NCBI GenBank assembly: GCA_030704615.1
Contig: CM060731.1
Location: 12,214,001-12,278,000, forward strand
DNA from: Takakia lepidozioides
Taxonomy: Eukaryota; Plantae; Bryophyta
DNA length: 64,000 bases
Reading direction: 5' to 3'
A program made the position numbers and the translations under genes. Every line of letters begins with the position of its first letter. Position 1 is the stretch's first letter. Shown piece after piece: positions 1 through 14,185 of this stretch. Below the pieces are notes generated by a model. That model was given only the letters and a program-made list of their open reading frames with translations, had not been told where the DNA came from and did no database searches.

Positions 1-342
1 CATCAACAGAGCGGAAAAAATATACTGACATCCAATCACCAAGGAAACCTACTTAATCGGTGGGCTCCTGCACACCCTTGGTTTTTCTTCCCAAACTTAC
101 AGGTACCACCATGGAAGCACAAAATAGAAGTTGTAATGCAGAACAAGCAAGACAATGAGCCAAGTACAACTAGGATAACATACAACTTGGTCTTTGTCAA
201 AATTTGATCTTCGGAACTACAAAAGACAAAACATACTATGGGCCCAGGGTGGATGGACTTGATTCCCTTTACGCACTCTCCCAAACAGCTGCACTCCCAT
301 TTTGAATAGAGGGACTTTCATGACTACGGAAAGAGAACAAAC

Positions 343-3300
343 CTCCGCATGCACGGACACAAGGGGATGCAGCAACTCCACCACCGCATCTCGGATACCC
401 TGGAATCAACATAGGACCTTCAGTTCCTCACAAGCATATGAAGGGCTGGTACCTCAAAGAACTTGAGTTTCTATCCTCGTGATTAAGACTTGATAGCCTC
501 AAAACAATGATCAAGATTGATGTTGCCATTCAGTATATGACAAGAGATGTTTGAAGGTATAATGCCCGTTCCAGAGACACCATGCCTTGATATAAGAGGA
601 CAACGACAGCACAGGAACTAAGAAACGAAGAAAGGAAATTAGTAGGGAGGAATCATCCAACTACATGACCTTGACAGGCGGAGAAGCAGACCATTGAGTT
701 CCATCATCCAGCAGGTATGCTGCTGCTGCTGTTCCCACAGCTGTGGCCTGCATGTAATACCCCATGATGAGAACTACAATAAAAAGATTGCAACACGCTA
801 AATCTGAGCAACTGAGCCAAAAGCTGCATGCACATACATTTAAAATGCAGGTATTTCAGCACAAATGCACCTGGACAAGTAGACTTGCTACTTCCTTCCA
901 TCATGGCACAACCAACTGAACAAGTCACTCCTTTCCTCAAAATCAACATTCTTCATGCTTGAGTAAGAAATGGGCCTAAACTGTGGATTCAGAGACTCGG
1001 GCATATCCAAGGAAGTGTGAGAAGCTGACTTTGGCGAAATTATATCGACCAAGGATCTTCTCTTCCAAAGCAGACAGAGCAGCTGAGGCCTCTTCGAAAG
1101 TGGCTGCATTACCCCCTGAGCCTCTCCCCTTGCTGCCTTCGTGATGTCTGCAAAGAAGATGACAGTTTTATTTGCAGAAAACAACTTGAGAAGTTGTGAG
1201 ATTACATTTTCTCCCAAACCATGGTCCCGCACAACAGAAAAAAAGTCACATTATAAGTCCACAACCAATGGTATTGGAACAGACTTTGCATGAGAGCAGA
1301 GTACACAGGAGAATAGTTACCCGTCATAAGACCAAACATGTTGATACTTTATAGAGAGCTCTGGGAGAAGAACAGAGTTGCAAAAACCAGTGTTGCTTAA
1401 CACCATGAGCAGGCGCTGATGTGGATTAATCACCTCCACACCAGCTAGTAGCCCCATGAACTTGTCATGGCCTGGCCATTCCTGCCCATTCCCATTGCCC
1501 ACCCTCTCATCACGGGACACCTGTGCCAACTCGTATGCCAGTTTCTCTAAATTCTCTGTAAACAACATTCCGCCCATTGCACTTGTCATCAGATTTACTT
1601 GCTATAGCCTTTCCACTATGATAGCACTGACCCTAATTGCCACCGTTGTCCATTGAGCAAAACATGAAGCGACAGGAAATCGACTGCACATAATAAAGTC
1701 AATACAGAGACTATTAAAGCATAAAACCATCTTTCAGTTTAGCAGGCTTTCCAGGACAAGCTAACCAGCCAGGGTGACGAAGCACTCGAAGAAAGTATAG
1801 CGGACGTTGTCTTGCATTTGGTGAAGTTGGCTGATTGTGTCCTCATGCCGTTCAGGTGCATCTCTCTTCAGCCTCTCAAGCATCCTAAAAGAGAAAAAAA
1901 CAGGGTAGCATTGATCCATATCGGTCAACCAAGAATAAACACACTACGTATGAATTGTTCATTCTTACACACGTTACACTCCTACAAGAAAGAGGTAAGG
2001 ATTGCTAGTGATGAACAGGTATTCCACTTAAGCATGGCACCATATCAACATCTGGCACAATGACTAGGCTCTCTGGTGGTAAGGAATTGTAAACGAGCAT
2101 GATACATGATGAGAAGAAAGATCAAATGGGTACAGTGTAATGATGAGATGACTTCTGTACTGCTGATCCACAGTGGAGCCCCAGCAATGTGGCAAACACA
2201 TTATGATACGCAGTTCGCAAAGTGTCCACTACAGAACAAAGGAATGGTTCTGAATGTCAGATGACCACCCACCACTGTGCTAATCTAGAGAACAGTAAAT
2301 GGTTTAGAAAACTCGAACTAAACGATGCAATCATGAAAAGTGCGCTTTTGAACAGTGTTACTAACAAATCCCTGATAAGAGCACTTCCAAGGACCCGGAG
2401 GAAGGAAAACAATCCTGATTCCTGTGGACATTAAAGCAAACAACTGTCTCCAAGACAAGTTGGATGCTACACTTTTGAATATGTCATACACAAAACTGCA
2501 GAACTGGAAAGGAAAACGATGCACACTCTGTCAGATGCTCCATGGCAGAGACCAGCATGTCACGAACACGCAAAGGCAGGCCTGAAATTGCAAAGGGAGA
2601 GGCACTCCGCTCGACTGTGGCCACAGGCACCCAGTCTTCTTCATTCACCAGCTCCGATGTGGCACTATACATGAGGGCACAGAGCCGCAATACAAACACT
2701 CTTGTCACCTCCGTCCGCAACACCAACAGCATTTGTACTGCCAGCTCCCAAGAAGCAATTAGTGTCTGCCGGACTCTATTCTGACATCAGAGAACATGCC
2801 CAACTTCCTTCCCCTTGATGTCTCTTGTGGATGTTATCTTTCTTTCCTCCGTTCTGTCTGTCTGTCCGTTTCTAGACCAGTTCCAAACATGTGACAGAGG
2901 GAAACATTACCGGCACTAGGAGGTGCGCAATCTTTGCCTTGAAGTGCAACACAAGCTTTTGAGATTTCAGCCACTCCCTGCCGCATGTAAGGCCGTAGCA
3001 CATTTGCTTCTGCCAGAGCTAGAAAAGCATTTTGGACCTGAAACATCCGAGTCCAATCTATTTCCCATGATTCCATTCTTTATTTCCCCATTGGTTGCTT
3101 GGCAACCTAAGAAATTCCCACAACATGCTAGAACTCTGTTCCTGGGAGTCTATGTAGTTCAAGCACAGGCCTTGAGAATTTGAAGCTCATCAGCAGAGGC
3201 ATCCTCACAAATGATGGTGTAGAGGCGTTACTGTTCTCCTTGGCCCAGTCTTTGGAGGTTTCTGCGAAGTTCAAACAGATGACTGACCTCCCTAATCATC

Positions 3301-6300
3301 TTAACAGAATGGAAGGTCGCTTTCTAAGAGAATAATTCAATGTGATAAACCAAATTGGAGTTCTGTCCCCTTTCCCAAAAATTCAATGAAAGGAATAGAT
3401 GCCTTACTTTAGACTCATAGAGTGAGATTATGCAGTGCACCATATTCACAACCTCCTCCAAAGAGTGTGAGGTAAACTTTGTCTCTGCTACCTCTTCAAA
3501 TGGATACTGACCAATATCAAAGCTGGGTCCTGTGCCTGCCTTAGGCATCCCCAAGCCCCCATTTGCTGAACCTGTAACCTGCATTTCCAGAAGAGAGTTT
3601 AGTTTCTGGCTGCTTTACAAGCTGGATGTGTGATGTCCAGGTAATTCTACAACCTCCTCATTGTCCTTCAAGCCAAGGTGAAAACTTATCAGTGCCTGTC
3701 AAAACCTGTATTTAAAATAGATACTATGTGACTGATTCAACTAAGGAGGAATGTTTCATGGCAGTGTTGTTGCAGACATATTGCAGGGAGTGCTGGTATA
3801 AAACCAGGCAAGCTACCACCTCTGTCACCAAGATAATGCACCTGGGGAGTAGGATCAGATATGATGCCACAAGGATACATAATAAACTGACACACAGTTT
3901 CTGTAGAGACCAGGAAATCTTACGAACACATTTTACGGCACAAATTTTTGTCGTAAGGCTACTATTACCTTAGCAAACTTTCCATTGAAAATGGAGAGAG
4001 CCAGACGCCAGAAAGTGGGCACATGGAGCACCACCACAGCTGTGAGCCGTCGGATGAGGCGTCCCAGCAGCGCATCTGATTCGTTGCCAGTTGAGTCCTT
4101 GAGACTGCTTTCACCAGCCTCCTTGTCATTGTCCCTGAGAAGAAGAGTAAAGTCTACGTCTGACTGCAATGTAATCCACATACCCAGCCATAATAATTCT
4201 TGTTTAGTAACAGACTAATGAAATTTTTATTGAACCACATGCAACTAATTTGATATGCCATGGCATATATAGCAAAGCTTCAAACCGCTATGAATCAAAT
4301 TTGATGGTCTGCCAACATTCAAGAGCAGGGCACTAGGAACTGCTACTGATGACACTGTTATTAGAAAGATAAATCATCCAAGAAGCTCACATACAGTCTT
4401 ATTTGATTCTTGCTGAAGCTGTTTCCATCGCGCATCTGATCGAACACGCTCACGCACACGGCCATGCAGCGCATCCATGCGAGCATCATGCTCCAGGCTG
4501 CAGCCTTCTAGGAGTCCTCGTATCCTACGGTCCTGTCCTCCCCAGCATTATAATTTTCAGCACTTCATCTGCTAATATTTCCATTGCAAAGTTTACCGTA
4601 CTAAAAAAAATTACAATCATGTAAGCGCCACAACAGTTCACCTGGATTGTCAGGTAATGCCAGACAGGATCAGAGTCTGGTTCCAGCTCTAGCAGCAGAC
4701 GTATTGTGTTCTCCAACTGCTCAACAAAAACATAAATTGTCAATTACTTACCGGTTCAAGCATCCCTATCTCTTGTTCCAACCCACCAGGACAAACACAT
4801 ACCAACCCATGAAAATGACTCCTCCCAACTTTGGTCACCGCAGGTTGACCCTGCCGTCGCTTCGGCCGCACAAGTGGCAACATTCCGAGCAACAAATTTA
4901 TCACCACCTACGTAACAATATGCAAGGGACTGGCGTAAATGATGAAACTAAATAAACAGATGAGGCAGATCACACTCCATGCAGAACGCCACACACATCA
5001 GTAAAAGGTGAGACAACAGATTGAGGTCCAGCCCATAATTGGAGCCCCAGTCATATGAAATCTTTTTCAATGCAATTTTATATGCACAAGCAACCAGAAT
5101 ATGGATAGGAAATTTGTGACTGCCTCCCAGTAGAGGATCTTGCTACCTGAACCCTTTGCAATGAGGAAATATCTAGCATGTGTATCTTCATCTTCGTGGA
5201 GTTATAGGGGGCCAAGTCTGTCAAGCGAAAACATCCCTGGAATAGGCTGAGAATGCATTCCAGTGGAGAAAGGATGGAGTGGGAGAGATGTATATAAATA
5301 AGTTTAATGCTTTGACATTCCAATACAGATCTACCTCACTCCATTCAATGTCATTGCCCTGTGCTCAACAACCGCTTGCGTGCATAAGCTCTACCTGGAT
5401 TACAAGAAAGTAAAAAGAACTGGAGAGAGATGTAACTGAAGTAGCATACTTGAGAAATTTCAACATGGGGATCTTCCATTGACTTATAGAGCATGTCCTT
5501 GAACTCCTGGACGATTTTGTCCACCTCTTCCAACACCCTATTCAGAATCCCAACCTGCAAACCACAGCCACTAAGGTCCCTTATGTGTTGCCAGAAGCCA
5601 AATCCAAGTTCCCCTTTGCTATCTAGCATGCTACAGAATGAGACTAAGGATGTCTCTCAAATAGCATTATCATGACAGCATATCCAGATTCCCAACGAGA
5701 TGTCCCGTCCTGTGATGCCTCGAAACCCTGTGACAGTGTCCATAAAAAACAGTTGCATCTCTCCCTATAAGATATGCCTACTTCAGATATCGGGACAGAA
5801 AGATAAGTTTCTCATACATGAGAATAAAGCACAAGGGACTTGGCTTTCTTATATTCTCGGATAGCCAGGTCATACTCGCCCTTGCCAATGTTGGCCCTAA
5901 TCATGCTCGGCAGATTAAAGAGAGTTCGAAACCGCTGCAGCATTCCCTGCACAGACCTTATCCGCTCTGCCTGTGCCTGCCAAAGTGAGCATTGGTAGTG
6001 TCAGAGAATAAACTGTAGGGAGGAGATTAGTCTGGTTTTAAACATGCTACGAATATTTAACACAGATATTTCAAGAAGCAGCTTTCCATTGCCAGAATTC
6101 ACGAGTGACCATAGGCCACCGACAAAAAAGCCCTTAAAAGGAGCTAACCGTCCTTCTGGGAAGTACCAAACCATTCCTGGGTGTCCATTGTTCAAGGGTG
6201 AGAATGGTTCCGCATATCAGAGACTTTTAAAGCCAAAAGCTATCACAGTGCATTTAAGTTGGGCTAGCTTAGTTCCAGGTTTTCATTACCTTGGGATTCT

Positions 6301-9300
6301 ATGTACATAATGATGTTATGCGTTGCTTTTACTATCCCAGAAAAACAGATCCTAGAGGATGGAAATGGGTGACTATGGAGAAACCAATGGTGTGGCTATG
6401 GAAAACAGATAGCATCACAAACTCTGATGTAACTTGCATAGAAGATCTGACAGGAGTGTTTGTTCACCGGCAATGACCTACCTGGGAGCAGACTTCCCCA
6501 TAAGCTCTGGAAGGTGACAAACTTGAGCAATTGCTCTTCCATTAAAACTACCAACCGCATGCCAGTGCCCAGCATCCAAGATGCAGAGCTTAAACCTGTG
6601 CTCACCCCTTTCGTAATGACCATACCAGCCTGTCACTAAAAAATAGAGGCTTGGAGGACCCTAGTAACTTTATATTGTAAAGGAGAGAAATAAATGGCCC
6701 CCACCTGGCGCTCAAGAAGGGGAGCAAATGCATGCTTGGCAACCACATCAACTTCCTGGATGGCTTTGCTAAGATGAATGGTGCCTGCCCCCTCCTTATC
6801 AGATTCTATCTGCTGAAGCTTTGAATGGATGTCTGCAGTGAAGACCAGATTTGGATAAGGCATATCAGGAATTGTTTGCAGAAACTTGCACCTCACAAGC
6901 ATAGATACAAACAAACACCAACAAAGATATGGGAAAATTCAGTGTTGCTTGCAGGACTCTCAGCCACAATGAAAGGAGCTAATCACATTTAATCCAGGTC
7001 AAAGGCTGCTATCCTTTCTGCAGCCCAAGGTTATCCGGCCACTTTGCAAAATAAAACCTCACAGCATCACAGAGCACCGTCTGAGAATAACAACGCCTTT
7101 TAGAACTTTGTTTAGAGGACCTTGGGTCACTCACCATCAATGGTGTTTTTACATGAAACAAAGCAATCAAAATTCTCTTTGACAAGTTTCTTGAGCTGAT
7201 CCTTGCGGTTCTGTAAGTCTTGCTTCAAAGCCTCCTCCCCAGCTTCCAGATCAAAAGTACCAGTGTTTTGATGAATCCGAGCCAAGAAGAACTTTGGATC
7301 AAACTTCTCCGAATGATACATCACCTTCTCTGAACCAACGTAAACCCAATATATTAAATTTGTGTAATGGAATCCCCTTTTCCCACCTAACTATGTGTAG
7401 TCCAGCGAACGTCAAAGATTTGAAAGTAGCATGATCGCAGCTAGATTGATCAGAGACAGAGTCTCGAGGAGACCCCAACATACACTTGCTGCTCATCTCA
7501 TATACAGTGCAAACTGTCAGTTGAACAATGTGGTCTGAAATTTACAATATCACTTAACCGCTACCTTAATGCATTAGAACCCCTAAAGACATTGGGCATC
7601 TTCTAGGGCCATTGAATTGGCACTCAGCCACTTTACTCTTGCATGACAGCTTAGCATCTAAGAATCTAGTGGTCTAAGATCAGACCTTTGGAGCCTCAAT
7701 TCCAGGAGAAGAAGCAATCCCAAACCTTGGAAGTAATATTTCTTCATTTAGGGACCAAATTGAAATGTTAGTGCCCCTCAGATCATGCAGCACTTGAGTC
7801 TTTTCAGCAATTCATTTACACTCACATTTGGCGATTGAGAAGGTAAATCCAACCAAGACTTGTAAAGGTTTACAATCTAATCTCGCCCCACAAACTTGCA
7901 CGTCTTCCATATACACTTCATCATTCTGAAGCTTCAATAATCACCATGCAAGAGGATTTCAATCAGCCATCCTGTCTCACACAGAAAATAGCATGGGACA
8001 GCGGTACCTCTTGTGGCGTGATCCCTCACGACAGGAAGTTCTGGCCAAGCACTTGGGCTCTCCACCTCATCCTTCAGAGGTATTTTGATCGCTTCCTTTT
8101 TGCTTCGAAGAAACCCCCGACTCTTACTGCTGCCCCTATCTGAAGAAACTGCTGATAATGCAGGTGAGCTATCACCGCTCTTTACTTTTGGCACTAGTGT
8201 AAGAGTTCTTATATCAATAATCCTGCCACATCACAACAGAAACCCTAATACAAAGATTAGTCTCGTTGCAATAACTAAATTTTTAGCCTTGTCATGTTAA
8301 AGAAGCTAGAACGAAATGAGAGCATGTTAGTTTCAATTTGAAGCTTCCGGTGAGAATTACATTCCCACTACTGAGAACAATGAGGTCTCTACCCGAGGCC
8401 TAATGGATCAATCAAGTCCTCTCCACGAGGGATAGCATCTGCCACATTGGTAGACTTCCGTAAGCGCACAGCTGAAGCCACTGGTGCAGTTTTAGTTTCC
8501 CGCATTTCCCGCACCCTTCGTACCATCTGTAAGTCACCACCCCACAAAAAATACCAAATCCCTGTGACCATTGCAATCTAACACAAACCTTTACAGATTG
8601 CAAAACCCACTTGCAAGACGTAAAATAATAGACATGGTCACAACCCACTGTGCTGCATACATTGTGTGCCCGATGAAATTAAACCTTAACTTCCGCTCAT
8701 TCCTTCAAATTGATGGTCGCAACTGGTCTGCGTAACACTGAGTTTGCATATTCTTGTGACCTAATGTAGTGCAGATGCAGATCCAGTCTTTCAGTGAATC
8801 ACTGGCTTGGAGCCTATTCAGATGTCCACAGAGGAGTGAAGTGAGAGAAGGCCCGGTGTCAGCTACTCTCCAAATTTTGGCAGATCCAAAATTCGAGAGG
8901 AAGTCTTTGCAGATTGGGGATAAACCCAACTTTGCAATGGAGTCAAAAACCAAGAATAGACGGACAAGAATGTAGCATCCCACAATGCCCAGATCAAACT
9001 CATTGAAGTGATATCAAAGTCGAGATATTTTCATAAAGAAACTGGTTTCCCAGAAAGATCGGGTCTTAGGCCACTGAAAGCCCACGCACAAAGAAGGACC
9101 CCTGTAACCTAGAACCCCGATCAGACGTGCCATAGACGGCTTCATTAAATATCCCTTCACTGACAGGTCTGGATTACTACCAGATCGTGATTGTGCAAAG
9201 ATCCCAGCAAAGACATGTGTCACATTGACTTCAGCAGCAAGGAATAGAATGTATCGTCTACAAATTGAAGAGCTGAGGCCAAGAAGAAAATGCAGACCGT

Positions 9301-9734
9301 CTTTCTTCCATCCCAGCTACACTGACCTCTGTTTGGTCCACCATTTTCCAACTGTCTGGCTCCCCATCCTCGTCCTCGTTCCACTCCAAATCACTGTCGT
9401 CATCATCATTCCCCTTTCCTCGCACCGCTGCTTTAGCTTGCGTATTCGGGAGAGCTGCAAGCCGGCTCAGCGACTCATCTTCCTCCTCGGACGAGATACT
9501 AAGAAGCTCCACCTCTGATTCTTCATCATCTTCAATGGGTGGAGGCTTAGGAGGAGCGCGCTTCGGTGGGGTCCTGGGTGGATCCCTGCGGGGGGGTCCA
9601 GACGCAGCGGAGGACACCGTTGGGGGCGGATAATTGGGCGGCCTCTGATACTTGACATCCCGAGCTGCCTGCTCAGCCAACGCTCTCTGCAACAGCTCCT
9701 CCTCCTCCTGATCGTCATCCTCCTCACCCAGCAT
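343..9734 (-). CDS. SEC5: Exocyst complex component SEC5/EXOC2; 18 exons in window, 3' end continues beyond position 1
   Basis: Exons read manually with GT-AG boundaries and consistent phase: 9734-9327, 8526-8393, 8222-8008, 7329-7135, 6832-6705, 5976-5818, 5554-5450, 4716-4642, 4532-4395, 4163-3969, 3578-3408, 3037-2911, 2737-2527, 1884-1766, 1555-1321, 1147-1030, 747-670, 399-343. Peptides match plant SEC5 as I recall it: ELLQRALAEQ, ESEVELLSISS, FDPKFFLARIHQ, VKENFDCFVSCKNTIDDI, SVQGMLQRFRTLFNLPS, LENTIRLLLELEPDSDPVWHYL, PHQRLLMVLSN, GIRDAVVELLHPLVSVHAE. Confidence 0.96.
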
Positions 9735-9761
9735 TTCTCTTGTCTTGTGTGTCTCTGTCTC

Positions 9762-9788
9762 TGTGTGTGTGTGTGTGTGTGTGTGTGT
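9762..9788. repeat. (TG)13 microsatellite just upstream of the SEC5 start codon
   Basis: Perfect TG run seen directly, 28 bp upstream of the ATG at 9734. Confidence 0.95.
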
Positions 9789-10457
9789 ATGCAGGTGACG
9801 GCGAGATGGCTGCACTGTCGAGAACAAGGAAGCTCGCACGCGCAAGAATGCGTGCAGTGAAGACCTTGACATTCATCCCTGCCGTACCCCTTCATCCATT
9901 TTCTCTCACAGCATTTATCCATGTTCTTCCCCACACTATGATCCTTCATCATGAATACATATGGCACCTTCTCCGTTGCAAATGGATCTCCCTAAGATCT
10001 TGTAGCTTGTGCCCACCCCGGCAAGGGCATTTGTCCAGAACCATGTATTGCTGATTGGATTAGTGACATTACCAACAGGATGCAAATCTGTAATACATCA
10101 AACTCTTCAGGCAGTTCTTCCCCAAGACAGATGTTTGACATTGCTGGATTACACAATGGCAGGAGTCTTCCATCATGAGGAAACTCTGGCAGATGCTGTA
10201 AGTCCTATCGATGCTGGATTTTTTTTAGTCACATTGTTTGTCTATGCATTGTAGTGGGTACTCTGCTGAAGGCGGCCTTCGTACTTTCTTTTTCCTCAGT
10301 TTGGGCTGCTTGAAACAATCAGGAAAGTGGTTGTCCCTCTCTTGGGTCCAGCTGGATAAGGCCCACTCCAGGCAGCCCAGACCGGGTAATACCTCCACCT
10401 CCCAGGGATTTCTCACCGGATACGATAGAAACTCGAGACCAATGCATTCTCAAGTGG

Positions 10458-10562
10458 GATCCAGAGAATGCTGCTGCAATTGAATATCTATTCTCAAGCT
10501 CGCAGGTGGTATGTTAAAGCAAAGCTGAAAAATGACTAGGAATGGAGGTGTGTGGAAGAGAT
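10458..10562 (+). pseudogene. Possible remnant of a PPR E-domain (opposite strand to the main PPR gene)
   Basis: Translates across frameshifts as DPENAAA..LNIYSQARRWYVKAKLK/KMTRNGGVWKR, resembling the E-domain pattern EPENAAAYVLLSNIYAAAGRWD...MKERGVKK. Confidence 0.4.
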
Positions 10563-10966
10563 TGTCTGGGCAGCTAATCACGGTCTTTGCACGTGAAGGT
10601 GGAGGAGCATTTTAAGTTCTCTTTGCCATGACCTTGCAAAGCTGGCCATTGCTTCTAGGCTCATTGGTACACCCAGTGATGCCTAGCAAGAACCACGAGA
10701 CCTCCACGGCCACTTGGAGATAGCTGGGTGAGCAGTACCCGTCCAGGATGCCAACAATGTTTGAGGGAACAATTCAAGCAATGTACAGAGTCCTCTCAAA
10801 CACTGGCAGTAAAGTCACGAATGCGACAATCAAGTTAAGGAAGGAGTTGGTGAAGGAGGTTTTGCATCCTCATTACCAAGTGGTGGTGTACTGGGAGGGA
10901 CTTTCACAGCCCATTTGAATTTGCTACAACCCAGATCCTCGCATTTTACTACCTTGTTCTTGGTGA

Positions 10967-13275
10967 TCACATTTTGCATTTTGCAGCACGTTCTGCTACC
11001 TTCACATTGTCATGAACTCTGCAAGCACCAAGCAAGGCCCCCCATACTGAAGCATCCGGTTTGATGGGCATTTTGGTAAGCAAGTCTTCAGCCTCATCCA
11101 TTAGCCCTGCACGGCCAAGAAGGTCCACCATGCAACCGAAATGCTCAACTGTAGGGGTAAGGCCATGACCTTGACTCATGGAGTCAAAGTAGCGACGGCC
11201 TTCATCAACTAGGCCCACATGGCTGCATGCAGAGAGAACAGCAGTGAAGGTCACACCATTTGGATTCAAGCCTTCCTGTTGTTGGAGGGCCTCCCTACCA
11301 CATCCATGCTGAGCATACCCTACAATCATCGCATTCCATGAAACCACATCTCGTTCAGACATTTTGTCAAACGCTTGACGAGCATCCATTACACTCCCAC
11401 ATTTGGCATACATGTCAACAAGGGCATTCTCCAATTTAATGTATGGTGCAATTCCAGCTTTGGTGATGTCAGCATGGACCTGCTTGCCCTTTTCCAGGGC
11501 TCCTAGGCTCGCACATGCATTAAGAACACAAATGAATGTGACCCTGTCGGGTGTCACCCTTTCCAGTTGCATTTGCTCATAGATTTTGAGAGCCTCATCA
11601 CCATGGCCACCCATAGGTATATCCTGCAATCATTGCACTCCATTAATATACGGTGCAATTCCGGCTTTCAGGATGTCCCTATGGACCTGCTTGACCTTCT
11701 CGAGGGCTCCTATACTAGCACATGCATTTAGAACAGAAATGAAAGTGACCCTGTCGGGCATCCCCACTGCTAGTTTCAATTGGTCATAGATCTTGAGAGC
11801 CTCCTCACCATGCCCACCCTGAGCATATCCTGCAATCATCACATTCCATGAGACCACATCTCGTTCCACAATTTTATCAAATACTTGACGTGCATCTGTT
11901 GCACTCCCACACTTGGCATATGTGTCAACAAGAGTATTCTCTAGATTAATACATGATACAATTCCAGCATCGATGATGTCAGCATGGACTTGCTTGACGT
12001 TTTCCAAGGCTCCTATGCTGGCACATGCATTGAGAACACAAATGTACAGGGTCTGGTGTCATCCCTTCCTCATGCATTTGCTTGTAGATTCTGAAAGCCT
12101 CTTGGGCATGCCCATGCTTGGCATATCCTACCATCAGCAAAGTCCAAGTGAATATGTTTCTTTCAGGCATGTCCTCAAACACCTGTCGTGCATCCACCAT
12201 GCTCCCACACTTGGCATACATGTTCAAAAGGGTGTTGAATAGCAAGATGTTTCGGTTCAATTCATGGCTGTTCAAGCATTTGCCTTCAAGGGCGGTGTTC
12301 CCCGAATTAATCGATGAAGCTATTCCATATTTCATGGACCCGCTTGCCCATTTGCAGGCCTCCAAGGCCAGCACATGCATTTAGAACATAAATGAATGTG
12401 ATCCTGTTGGGTATCACGCCTTCCTGTTGCATTTTCTCATAGAGTTTGAGAGCCTCTTCCCCATATCCATGCTGAGCATATCCTGCAATAATCACATTCC
12501 ATGAAACTACATCTTGTTTAACCATTTGGTTGAACACTATACGTGCATCCACCATACTCCTGCATTTTGCATACATGTCAACAAGGGTATTCTCCAAATT
12601 AAGATATGATGCTATCCCAGCTTTGATGATCTCTGCATGGACTCGCTTGCATTTGGAGGGCTCCGATGCTGGCACACCCATTTAGAATGCAAATGAATGT
12701 GACCCTGTTGGGTGCCACCCCTTTCTGTGCATTTGTTCATATATTTTGAGAGCCTCTTCACCATGCCCACACTGAGCATATCCTGCGATTATTGCATTCC
12801 ATGAGATCACATCTCGTTTAACCATCTTGTCGAACACTAGATGCGCATCCTTCATGCTCCCACACTTGGCATACATGGTAATAAGGGTGTTTGCTACAAA
12901 TATGTCCGTCAAGAATTCATTTCGGAGAATGTGAGCATGCAGCCGCTTTCCCTCTGCTAGAGCTTTCATGTTGATGCATCCCTGCAAGAGACACACATAT
13001 GTACTGGACTGTGCCGGAATGCCTCCTTGGTAAAAAGTGTGCAGAGCCTCTTTCAGCTTTCCCTCCTTACACAGTGTCCTCACATCCACATATGTTCCAT
13101 TCACAGTCCTGTAGATTCCCTTCATTGGCCCTCCTTCAGAAGTGGTGGCGACTGAAGTAGGTACTACCCCAGCTGCCATTTTGATCTCAGACAAGATGGA
13201 ACCTGCCATCCTGTGCGAATCAAACTCTAGTTGTGACTTGAGGTTCAAAATATTAGAAGAGTTCCACACTGACAA
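10967..13275 (-). pseudogene. PLS-class pentatricopeptide repeat (PPR) protein pseudogene (RNA-editing-factor type), truncated in the E region
   Basis: Five consecutive ORFs carry repeated P-L-S motifs (NTLVDMYAKCGS..DAR.VFDKM..RDVVSWN.MIAGYAQ.G.GEEAL; TFICVLNACASLGALEKGKQVH). The last ends HFGCMVDLLGRAG..EAEDLL.KMPIKPDASVWGALLGACRVH. There are several frameshifts and internal deletions, no introns and no DYW domain. Confidence 0.9.
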
Positions 13276-14185
13276 GGGAAGGGGCCCTCATGAGATCGGG
13301 CTGTTCAGTGAGTTTCAACAGAGATACCAGACTCGACGGAGTATGACTAAAGTGATTCCACACATTGCAGAAGACATTGGGGGAAATTGTGGTGGATCAC
13401 TATTCAAGATCACCCCTCAAATCAGGCTGATTAAGTCACACCCACATTCCTCCGCAACACTACTCTTACAAGACCAAGGACTTTTTTAGAAATCCAACTC
13501 GAATCTGCCTATTAGAAACTTCAATGGAGCTCCAACGTCCATACTAGCATTAGAACCATACTCTCAGTTCCTTTCACCATCAGATTGTGACCGATCTTGG
13601 CAGGCAGGGCAGGAGCTCTGTTTTGACCTTGACTCTCCCTTAGGATCTCGATTCGTTTACGTTAGAAATCCGGAGGCATTCAGATAGTGGTCGAATACAT
13701 ATCGTCAGGACGAGACCTTTTAATCCTGGAGACCTAAGAGGATAGAGTGTCATTCAGATAGCCTCACCTTATCAAACATGTTGTCCCACCACTGCGAAGC
13801 ATCTGACAAGAACTCCCGCCAAAGCCATTCTATACTCATACCTGGGGCTGCATGCAAATACCACTTTCACATAATATCTGTAGGAGATCATGCTTCAGTG
13901 ATTTTTTGAGGAATTCTAGAGTAGATTTCGACAACTTCATTTCTCCCTCTCTTAGCCCTTTTCCATCCGCCAGTCTGACTAACAATGTAATCCTTTAGCA
14001 ACTTAGAGGCAGGAACTCTCTGACTTAATACGAGCTTTCTTCCCTTGGCTTTTTCTCTTGAGGACACCGAGGCCCAAGGTAAAAGTGCGAGGAAAACATA
14101 ACCTTGCCCAAGCTATGAAGGTATTACAACACGGGTCGGGCCCACCTGCGAAAGGGGCAGTAGCTGTGAGGCGAAGTGGCTCTTA

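Noticed and set aside
9735-9872. N-terminal extension of SEC5 (MSRSS...HTHTHT)
   Set aside because: It is translation through the (CA)n microsatellite; SEC5 similarity begins at the ATG at 9734.
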